A stretch of 64,000 nt of DNA from an uncultured Candidatus Binatia bacterium (GTDB taxonomy: Bacteria; Desulfobacterota; Binatia; UBA9968; JAJDTQ01): contig OZ244070.1 in NCBI GenBank assembly GCA_965215605.1, forward strand, positions 576,001-640,000, in the 5' to 3' direction. This document shows, piece by piece, positions 41,322-49,200 of this stretch. How positions within the stretch are numbered: position 1 is the first letter of the stretch; each line of letters opens with the position of its first letter. The position numbers and the translations under genes are program-made. Under the pieces are notes generated by a model. That model was not told the DNA's origin, ran no database searches, and saw nothing but the letters and a program-made list of their open reading frames with translations.

Positions 41322-41780
41322 ATGACTGCCGACGATAGAGATGACATAGGACTGTTGTTCGAGACCTATAAACTCCACGCCGAACTCACGGAGCGTGTAG
41401 CTGGTCTCCGCGAAGGGTTGAACAAGCTTTATTCCAGTATGGTGGCAGGTATCGTTGCAGCGTCCGTCCTACTACATCGTCTCGCCCCAAACGCTGAGAC
41501 GACCTGGGTGTTGCCAGTTCTGGGTGTTATTGTATCCCTGTCGTGGATGTTCGCGCTACATTCAGTCACAGGGCGATTGGCTGCTAAGCACAATGTTCTG
41601 GTATCCTTGGAGAAGAACTTACCTTTCAACTTTCTCGAACGCGAAAACAAGGAGTTCGACGAGCGCAACTTTGTAAGGCGCAGGTACTCCGAATTGTTGA
41701 TGCCTGGGGCCTTTCTCGTCCTTTGTATTGCGTGGCTTGTTTTCCTCTCAACTACATGCCCCTATCAACCAGGAGTTTAG
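41322..41780 (+). CDS. small integral membrane protein, RipA/octameric-pore- or SLATT-like
   Basis: LFETYKLHAE..ERV..LR...NKLY, two hydrophobic helices, AAKHNVLVSLEKNLPF..E and a C-terminal hydrophobic helix. Family recalled from the motif pattern. Confidence 0.6.
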   Translation: MTADDRDDIGLLFETYKLHAELTERVAGLREGLNKLYSSMVAGIVAASVLLHRLAPNAETTWVLPVLGVIVSLSWMFALHSVTGRLAAKHNVLVSLEKNLPFNFLERENKEFDERNFVRRRYSELLMPGAFLVLCIAWLVFLSTTCPYQPGV

Positions 41781-41781
41781 A

Positions 41782-42261
41782 ATGGCACAGGACAGAAAGA
41801 ACGTATTCGTCAGCCACATTCACGAGGACGACGCCGGACTCTCCGACCTGAAGAACCTTTTGGCAAGACACGGCATGGAAGTTCGGAACTATTCGATTAC
41901 ATCTGACAAGGAGAACAACGCCAAATCTCCAGAATACATAAAGCGTGAGATCCTGGCCCCCAGAATCGACGCTTGCAGCACTCTGGTGGTCTACATCACG
42001 CCGGATACCAAGAATAGTGACTGGGTCAACTGGGAGATCGAGCACGCCTATAAGCAAGGCAAGACAATTGTAGGCGTTTGGGAACGTGGGTCCAATGGTT
42101 GCGATATACCGGAAGCCTTGGAGGAATTTCGCGACGCAATCGTCGGTTGGACCGGTGAGATCATTGTCGACGCAATAAACGGAGATTACAAAGGGTCGAC
42201 TAATCCTGACGGTAGCCCCGTAAGCATACCTACGCCGATCACAAGGCATCCTTGCAATTGA
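41782..42261 (+). CDS. TIR-domain protein, ThsB/MTH538 (DUF1863)-like
   Basis: NVFVSH, LVVYITPDTKNSDWVNWEIEHA (catalytic Glu), GKTIVGV, IPEAL; AGGAG RBS. Confidence 0.85.
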   Translation: MAQDRKNVFVSHIHEDDAGLSDLKNLLARHGMEVRNYSITSDKENNAKSPEYIKREILAPRIDACSTLVVYITPDTKNSDWVNWEIEHAYKQGKTIVGVWERGSNGCDIPEALEEFRDAIVGWTGEIIVDAINGDYKGSTNPDGSPVSIPTPITRHPCN

Positions 42262-42265
42262 CAAG

Positions 42266-42892
42266 ATGGCACGCAGCTTGTTCTCGTATATTGTTCGCTA
42301 CGATAGCGGCTTCGCACCAAATCCCTTTCACGGTTATTGCACGTTGGCGACATGCAAGCCACGAATCCGCCAACAAGCGCAACTCAACGACTGGCTGGCA
42401 GGAACGGGGAGTAACGCGAAACCTGTCAACCGCGGAGGATACCTGGTTTATGCAATGCGCGTGACTGAGGTTCTTTCTACGGAACAGTACTGGGCTGACC
42501 CGCGGTTTGAAGACAAAAAGCCGGACATGTACCACAACTGGGTAGCCGCGTCTGGCGACAATATCTACGAGCGTATTGGTCCGAATCAGTGGAGACAGCT
42601 AATATCATATCATACGCAGGACGATGGTAGTCCCAGTGATCAGCACATTCGGCGAGATACAGGCGTCGAGAGAATCCTTGTAAGCGATGACTTCGTCTAT
42701 TTCGGAGCGGAAGGCCCGAAACTCCCGATCCAATTTCGTGACGACGGAAAACTCGACTTGCTTTGCTCGCACCGTAACTACCGGCGCGTGAGGGAAGAAG
42801 AGGTCATAACGGCGTTTGAACACTGGATCAGGTCACTTGACGTCCAAGGGTTTCAGGGAAAACCATGGGACTGGGTGAAGAGACGAAACTGA
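42266..42892 (+). CDS. nucleotide modification-associated domain 2 (Nmad2) protein
   Basis: SYIVRYDSGFAPNPFHGYCTLATCKPRIR, LVYAMRVTE, GDNIY, LVSDDFVYFG. Confidence 0.8.
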   Translation: MARSLFSYIVRYDSGFAPNPFHGYCTLATCKPRIRQQAQLNDWLAGTGSNAKPVNRGGYLVYAMRVTEVLSTEQYWADPRFEDKKPDMYHNWVAASGDNIYERIGPNQWRQLISYHTQDDGSPSDQHIRRDTGVERILVSDDFVYFGAEGPKLPIQFRDDGKLDLLCSHRNYRRVREEEVITAFEHWIRSLDVQGFQGKPWDWVKRRN

Positions 42893-42968
42893 CAACGGCC
42901 GAAGGAAACGTCTGGACTCTCGATGATGCAGTATGCATCTGACAGCAAGGATCGGCAAGAGGACACCC

Positions 42969-44048
42969 ATGTCTTGGCTTATCGAATACAGTAGGGCGGC
43001 GGAGCAAACGGACCAGCTTGCCCGCAAGCCGAAGGACCACGGCCTCCTCCTGGCGGTAGGTCTTTTCGGTGAAGCGGGGAGTATTCTCGCCGAGTTGAAG
43101 AAGGAACAACGTGAAACCGACGCCTACCCCGCATACCGTAACCGGCTCGTCGAAGAAATCGGCGATTGTCTTTGGTACCTGGCGCGCCTCTCCGCCGTCC
43201 TCTCGCCGTCCGTAGTGGATGTTATGGACAAGCGGACGCAGATTCAGCCGGGGCGAAGCCAGGAATCGTTGGTGGACGGGGTGGCCCTCGGGGTTGCGGC
43301 AAGCAGACTGCTCAGTGCACTTCAAAACCGCGATGACCAAGCTGCTAAAGAAGGGCTTGGGCCAATCTGGGACGCCCTATTCAGGGTATCGGAAGACGTC
43401 GGTCTCGACATCCGTGGCGCCGCACAAACGAACCTGCAGAAGACGCGGAGCCGGTGGCCCGAGAAGCGGGATTTCTCGCCTCTCTTCGATGAGGACGACC
43501 TGGAAGTGGAACAACTTCCACGCAAACTTGATCTCGAATTCCGTCGAGTCCAGCGGGGCAAAACAGATTCCGTCATAGTCCGTTGTAACGGCCTGAATTT
43601 CGGCGATAGCCTGACGGACAATATCGAAGAACCAGACTTTTACCGGTTTCACGACATCTTCCATTTTGCGTATGCGGCCTATCTTGGGTGGTCCCCGGTC
43701 ATAAGGGCGCTATTGAAGTGCAAGCGGAAAAGCAAGCCCGAAGTGGATGAAAACGAGGACGGCGCACGAGCAAGAATCATCGAAGAGGCGGTGTCCGCGA
43801 TTGTATTCAGCCGTGCCAAGGAAATGAACTTCTACGCCGGCATTGACCATGTCGACTATGACTTGCTAAAGGCCATACAGGAGTTCATACAGGGCTTCGA
43901 GGTCGCGAATGTCCCTCTGTGGCAGTGGGAAACCGCCATTCTCGAAGGATACAGCGTGTTCCGTACCCTCCGGGTGCATGGAGGAGGGCGCGTAACGCTC
44001 GACATGAACCAACGGCAACTTCTTTACCGCGAGATCATGTACTCCTAG
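42969..44048 (+). CDS. MazG-like NTP pyrophosphohydrolase with MazG_C domain
   Basis: GEAGSILAELKK...EEIGDCLWY (MazG acidic motif); GDSLTDN...YRFHDIFH..YAAYLGWSPV.R, DENEDGARARIIEE (MazG_C). Confidence 0.85.
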   Translation: MSWLIEYSRAAEQTDQLARKPKDHGLLLAVGLFGEAGSILAELKKEQRETDAYPAYRNRLVEEIGDCLWYLARLSAVLSPSVVDVMDKRTQIQPGRSQESLVDGVALGVAASRLLSALQNRDDQAAKEGLGPIWDALFRVSEDVGLDIRGAAQTNLQKTRSRWPEKRDFSPLFDEDDLEVEQLPRKLDLEFRRVQRGKTDSVIVRCNGLNFGDSLTDNIEEPDFYRFHDIFHFAYAAYLGWSPVIRALLKCKRKSKPEVDENEDGARARIIEEAVSAIVFSRAKEMNFYAGIDHVDYDLLKAIQEFIQGFEVANVPLWQWETAILEGYSVFRTLRVHGGGRVTLDMNQRQLLYREIMYS

Positions 44049-47000
44049 CTTGGAGTTGGGAAGAACAGTTCGCGTTGTTTGAGGGTTGTACCCGTCCGGC
44101 GCGTGAGCCACTCGTCAATTCTTTGGTTCAAGCCCCATTTGGGCGGGAAGAAGGGCTTGGCGAGTGGCCCTGTTATCGCGAATCTTTGCTTGATGCGTTT
44201 GCGCCCGGTCCGGCCTCTTATCTCCGGATGTGTTACCCGCGTGTACTTCGAGACCTCACAGAAAAGATTCTGGACATCGATCGGTTGAAGCGGGCGTCCC
44301 CATAGACCCCCGAATTCGAGTCCATACCGCGCGAACTCGTCCGCTTGGATGTCGGACAACCATAGGATGGCGTCGGCCGGATCATACTCCCCAAGCGACT
44401 CGAAGCACTTGGACAGTCCATCCAAGGCGCCGGGGCCGGCAACCACGAATCTCTGTTCCGAGTGGTTCATCAGGGTCGAATAATTTAGGTCGATAACGTA
44501 CTGGAAAGCGAGAAAGGGTCCCAACGTGGGATACAAAAGAACCATCTCGTAGGCTTCAGCCAGCGACTTCGACTCCTGCAGCTTCTCCGGAAGGCGTTCA
44601 TCAAGCATTCTGCGAATCAGTCCGAGATGCATCCGGTGCTTCGGCATCCCAACTCGTCCTCCCGATGGCATGATGTAAGCGGCGGAGTAAATCGGCGCCC
44701 CCTGCCGACGAAGATTGACAAGCAAATCGTCGCACGCCGCGTAGTCGAACTCGTGAGCGACAGGCATGCCGAGTCCGTTAACGACCCTGTCCCACGTCTC
44801 GATCTTGTTGAAGACCTTGAACAAAAGGGCTCTCAGAAACACGTTGGCGCCGCTGGCCTTAGCATCGGAATAGATCAACTGAATCAGGTACTGACTCACC
44901 CTGTCAGCGGCTCTGAAGGCATTCGTGAACTTGTATTCTGACAGCACAGTGTCCGTAGTCCACGGGCTTGGGTCGCCTGCGACGCGCCGTAGATAGATCC
45001 GCTGGCGCTCACACGCAAATTTCCAGAGAACCGGATAGATCGTCGAAGGCTTAGGACGAGAGCGCTTCACCAACGGCGTGAACCGCTGTGGAGTCTGGTC
45101 AGTCATTGGACGATCCCAGAGAGGAGGTTGTTCTGCCACCATCAGGACGCGATGGCGTTTCTTTGGGACCGGCTTCTGCACCAGCCGTGCACGGGCTTCC
45201 TCTTCGGAACGCTCAGCATTGAGGGCGAGAAGGCGAGCAAGGACTTCGTCGCAAATTTCGTCGGGCCAGCGATAGCGGTACGGCTTTTTCTTCACGCCCC
45301 AAGTAGCCTCGTCGATTTCGTAGTCGAGGAGGAAATCACAGTCGGTGGGGATGTCGGTCCAGCCGTAGGCGTCGAGGACGGCGCGGTCCATGGCGGCGTG
45401 GAGTTCTCGGAGACGGATGATATTCGGATTGCCATCGTAGGGGTCATGAAAGCGGTTTAAGGTTCTGGTCAGACCCTCACCGTTACAGGCCATCAGCGTC
45501 ACTCGGTGCTCAAAATACGCCTTGCCTGCGGCCTCCAGCGCCGTGGCCGTTGCCCAATCATCAGGAAAAGCGAAAGTCTCGAAGCAGTCGGATGGCGTGT
45601 AGCGGAGGTCGTCCTTCATCGACGAGCCAAAGAAGCGCACCCAGATCTCGTGGGGGCGGGACTGGAGGACGCAAAGGGCGGCATAGGTGTCGAACGGGAA
45701 TATGATGCATGAATCGCTATAGACAGCGCCGGCGGGCAAGAACGTGAATGCGGCAACTTGTCCGTATCTCGAAATCACCAAAACTCGAGGCTGCCTGGCG
45801 CTGGCGGCGTAGAGTTCGTTTGCCGTCGAGCCGTAACGCCACCAGAACTCCGCTCGCTTTCGACCGATGGGATTCTTCGTGAGCTTGCTTCGCTCCGGCC
45901 TCACTCGCTCATCCACAATCGCCAGCAAATCCGGCCAATCCGCCGCCACCGGCTCCGGATAGTCCAGCGGCACCACCCCGCGCCGCAGCCATGTGCGGCG
46001 CAAGTCTTCCCCCGCGTCCACCCACTGCTTTCCCAAGTCCTCCCTCCGCAACGGAAAGTCCTCAAAGTTGATCACGTATCGGTGATGCGCGTGGGTCGGG
46101 CTGGTATTCACTTCCTCGCCGCCGATGTAAGGGAAGATGCGCTCGCCGTTGCGGGGGTCTGCTTCGATCAACCGCCGCATCTCCGACAACGGGTTGGCGA
46201 TGCCCTTCTTGTCGGTGTCATCGAAGGTGAAACCCATTCCGAGGACGTAGCTTCCAACGAAGCTCTTGCCGGCGTTCGCTTCAAGGCGCGCCGGGTCGGC
46301 GTGGCTGCCCTTGTGGAAGAGGAACGCGGTGATGTTCTCCACATCCCTGCCGTCAAGCACCTTGGTTCCCGCAAATTCGCCCTTGGCGACGTGCAGCACG
46401 CTGACCACTACGGCCGCGTCGCCGGGCCACTTGACCCGCTTGGTGGCGCGGTAGATCTCTCCCCCATTCTCGCAAATCCAGCGCAGGCCGGTGGAGCGGG
46501 TATCGCCTTGAGCGATGGTGTTGGTGGCAATCAGACCGAACGCGCCGCCTTCGCGCAGAAGGTTAAAGACGCGCCGGTAGAAGTGCGCTACCAGATCGGC
46601 GTTGCCATGGCTCCCTTGGTGGACGGTCTTGAGCCAGTCCGGGTAACCCCCGACGTTACCGGCGGCGATGTTGTTCTTCCCCGCGAACGGCGGATTTCCG
46701 ACGAAAGCATCGAATCCCGGATTCTCGCGCTCGAACACCTCGGGAAACTCGATCTCCCAGTGGAATGGGGCGAGCGGCGGGTCGCTGCCACGTTGGTCCT
46801 CGATCCATCCCAGGTAGCGGATAGCCTCACCCTTGAACACGGCTTCGGCGAATTCGTTCCGCTTCCCTCTCCTCGGCCCCGGCCTGGTTGCGGCGAAGAA
46901 CGCCGCCAGCACCAGATCGCCGTAGAGCCGGACGGCGTCAAGCTCGTCGCGTGCGTCCTGCCATATGCCGTGGATTTCCTGATCAGAGACATCCTCGCCC

Positions 47001-49195
47001 GCGTCCCTGATGCGCTGACGCGACGCAGCCAAGCGCGTCATGTGCTGCCGCACGTCCTCGACATAAAACTCCTGTACAGGAGACTCCTTTTCCAGGTCCC
47101 AGTGGAACGCCTCAATCTGTTTCCGGGTCAATCCGACGAGCGCGTCGCCATGGCGGAACGCATGGTCCAGGAAGGTGAGCGGATGGTCCCGCGCAAGGGT
47201 GCTGAGCCATAGCGAGGTCTTGGCCAGGTCCACAGCCATGGGATTCCGGTCGATGCCGTAGAGGCACTTCTGGGCGACCAGACGGCGGGCATGGATCACC
47301 TCGTCTTCGTCAGGCGGGATTACCGGCGTCTCATCGTGCTTGTGCCATGCCTCGGTGAGCGCATCCGCGAGCTGGCGGCAGGTTTCCACCAGAAAGGCGC
47401 CGGAACCCATGGCCGGATCGCAAATCTTGAGGTCGAGAATCCGGGCGGGAGACGGCGCCTCTCCATCCTCGCCGCGAAGCCGATTGAGCAGGGGCTCGAG
47501 AGTGTGGCGGACAATCGGTTCGGTGAGTTCCCGCGGCGTGTAATTGGAGCCAGAGCGTCGTCGCTCATCGCTGGGTTGCAGCACCAGGGAGCCGGGAGTG
47601 ACGAGGTCCGGCGTGGCGTCCTTGTCCAGCACCCGGTCCAGCGCCAAGTGAAGGTCATCCACCGTATCAGCTGCCCGCAGTCCGTTCCTGACGGTGTCGG
47701 TGAGGGTGCGGTCCACGCGGTCCTGGAGCCATTTCCCGCGACGCTCCTTGGGCTGCCTCGCCAACTCGTCGAGATCGACGGTGCTCGGTGCTCCGAGCTT
47801 CTTGGCGGACTTGACGGCCACGGACCGGCCGGTGGCGGTCTCCAGACGGAAGCCCATGATGATCTCGTACACGGAGCCGATCTGCTCCACGTCGAGGGTG
47901 CGGTAGGAAATGCGCTCGCCGTCGAGGACTACCAGCTTCTCCAGCACGCGGTAGACGGCGCCGTCGGAGACCAGCGGCGGCTGGACGCGTTCGGTGATCT
48001 GCCGGCCGCCGTCGCTGTGACGGCCTTCGAGGAACGGATACCGATCCGGGTTGAACAGAGCGCCGCGACGTTCCGGAAGACGGAACATGCCTCCTGTCTC
48101 GTGCCCGCCGGCCCCGTCATGGATGAGGCGAAACAGCACGAGAAGCTGCGCCCACGCGCCGAAGCGCTGGTCCATGGTATCGGGGTGCAGGGCCGCGTCC
48201 TCGCGCAGTCGCTGGTAGAGGCCGGCAACCGAATAGTGCCGGATGAAGGTCTCATCGCCCGGAAGCATGCCGCGCTCCTCGGCATAGAGCAGAAACACGA
48301 GGCGCAGGATGACGGCGAGCAGGCCGCGATAGACGTCGTTGGAATCGCCTTCGGCGGAGAGCGGTTCCCGCAACAGCTCTCCGCAGGAGGCGTCGTGGGC
48401 GGCCTGGAACCCTCGAAGGAGGCCGTAGAGCGCGTGCATGACCTGCTCCGAAAGCCGCTCGCTGACCTCGTTCTGATAGCGGCGGCTGTCGGCGAGCAGC
48501 GCCAACAGGCGATGTTCCTTCGGCCCTGTCAACAGGCGTTGCTCACACAAGAGAAGGCGCAACGCCGCGCATAGAGGCCGCCCCGCGGTCTGCGCCATGT
48601 CGTCGACACGAAAGTCCATCCAGCCGGAGCTTTCGCCGCGCGGGGCCGAGACGAGACGCAACGCCGCGCCGTTGAACAGCACGCCGGCAGGAACTCCGGT
48701 GCCGCGGAGAAGGCGCTCCATCCGACCTTGCGGAGAGGTTTCCAGTCCGCCGGCGGCGGCCGTGGTCCTGTGAAAGCCCTCACCCTCATCCAGCACCTGA
48801 ACGAGCAACTGCCACGGCAACTCCCCAGCCTGCGGGTCGCGCTCGCGCACCGCGAAGTCCGGACGCAGAGTCTCGCCGTAGTCCGGGAGGAAAACCTCAA
48901 GTTCCGCCGGGATAGGGGTCTCCTCGGTGTCCGCGTATCCCTTGGGCGAGAATCCCCAACCGAGGACGGTCTTTGCGAACGCGCGGAAGTCCTGGAGGCA
49001 TCGTTCCCGTGTTCGCGCCGGCGATCCATCGCGTTGGTTCAACCAAGCGTCCAGCAACTCCTGCCCTTCGACATCGTGCCGGTTGAGGATGGCCCCAGCC
49101 TTGACCAGGGCCGGAGCGGAGACCACGAGGCCGTTCGGCTGGATGAAGCCGAGCCATTCGAGATGGGCGCGGGTGTGTGGGTCGGGCGCAGGCAT
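44045..49195 (-). CDS. drmMI: DISARM class 1 adenine methyltransferase (DrmMI/Eco57I-MmeI-like) fused C-terminally to an aGPT-Pplase1 / 5-hmdU DNA kinase-like helical domain
   Basis: Start MPAPDPHTRAHLEWLGFIQP, 5 nt after the drmD stop. DPAMGSGAFL, GNPPF and an MmeI-like TRD tail (LRYTPSDCFETF, LHAAMDRAVLDAYGW). The frame continues without a stop into WKFACERQRIY..WTTD.VL..YKFTN.FRAADRVSQ...GPGALDG...DVQNLFCEVSKY. Confidence 0.85.
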   Translation of the reverse strand: MPAPDPHTRAHLEWLGFIQPNGLVVSAPALVKAGAILNRHDVEGQELLDAWLNQRDGSPARTRERCLQDFRAFAKTVLGWGFSPKGYADTEETPIPAELEVFLPDYGETLRPDFAVRERDPQAGELPWQLLVQVLDEGEGFHRTTAAAGGLETSPQGRMERLLRGTGVPAGVLFNGAALRLVSAPRGESSGWMDFRVDDMAQTAGRPLCAALRLLLCEQRLLTGPKEHRLLALLADSRRYQNEVSERLSEQVMHALYGLLRGFQAAHDASCGELLREPLSAEGDSNDVYRGLLAVILRLVFLLYAEERGMLPGDETFIRHYSVAGLYQRLREDAALHPDTMDQRFGAWAQLLVLFRLIHDGAGGHETGGMFRLPERRGALFNPDRYPFLEGRHSDGGRQITERVQPPLVSDGAVYRVLEKLVVLDGERISYRTLDVEQIGSVYEIIMGFRLETATGRSVAVKSAKKLGAPSTVDLDELARQPKERRGKWLQDRVDRTLTDTVRNGLRAADTVDDLHLALDRVLDKDATPDLVTPGSLVLQPSDERRRSGSNYTPRELTEPIVRHTLEPLLNRLRGEDGEAPSPARILDLKICDPAMGSGAFLVETCRQLADALTEAWHKHDETPVIPPDEDEVIHARRLVAQKCLYGIDRNPMAVDLAKTSLWLSTLARDHPLTFLDHAFRHGDALVGLTRKQIEAFHWDLEKESPVQEFYVEDVRQHMTRLAASRQRIRDAGEDVSDQEIHGIWQDARDELDAVRLYGDLVLAAFFAATRPGPRRGKRNEFAEAVFKGEAIRYLGWIEDQRGSDPPLAPFHWEIEFPEVFERENPGFDAFVGNPPFAGKNNIAAGNVGGYPDWLKTVHQGSHGNADLVAHFYRRVFNLLREGGAFGLIATNTIAQGDTRSTGLRWICENGGEIYRATKRVKWPGDAAVVVSVLHVAKGEFAGTKVLDGRDVENITAFLFHKGSHADPARLEANAGKSFVGSYVLGMGFTFDDTDKKGIANPLSEMRRLIEADPRNGERIFPYIGGEEVNTSPTHAHHRYVINFEDFPLRREDLGKQWVDAGEDLRRTWLRRGVVPLDYPEPVAADWPDLLAIVDERVRPERSKLTKNPIGRKRAEFWWRYGSTANELYAASARQPRVLVISRYGQVAAFTFLPAGAVYSDSCIIFPFDTYAALCVLQSRPHEIWVRFFGSSMKDDLRYTPSDCFETFAFPDDWATATALEAAGKAYFEHRVTLMACNGEGLTRTLNRFHDPYDGNPNIIRLRELHAAMDRAVLDAYGWTDIPTDCDFLLDYEIDEATWGVKKKPYRYRWPDEICDEVLARLLALNAERSEEEARARLVQKPVPKKRHRVLMVAEQPPLWDRPMTDQTPQRFTPLVKRSRPKPSTIYPVLWKFACERQRIYLRRVAGDPSPWTTDTVLSEYKFTNAFRAADRVSQYLIQLIYSDAKASGANVFLRALLFKVFNKIETWDRVVNGLGMPVAHEFDYAACDDLLVNLRRQGAPIYSAAYIMPSGGRVGMPKHRMHLGLIRRMLDERLPEKLQESKSLAEAYEMVLLYPTLGPFLAFQYVIDLNYSTLMNHSEQRFVVAGPGALDGLSKCFESLGEYDPADAILWLSDIQADEFARYGLEFGGLWGRPLQPIDVQNLFCEVSKYTRVTHPEIRGRTGRKRIKQRFAITGPLAKPFFPPKWGLNQRIDEWLTRRTGTTLKQRELFFPTPS

Positions 49196-49200
49196 GGGTC

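Noticed and set aside
40790-41325. Short ORFs 40790-41137, 40953-41180 and 41122-41325; also a retron msr-msd interpretation
   Set aside because: No RBS or motif support and the ORFs overlap one another; there is no reverse transcriptase in the window.
41782-42261. Canonical Thoeris system
   Set aside because: No SIR2-SLOG or TM-Macro ThsA is present; only the ThsB-like TIR.
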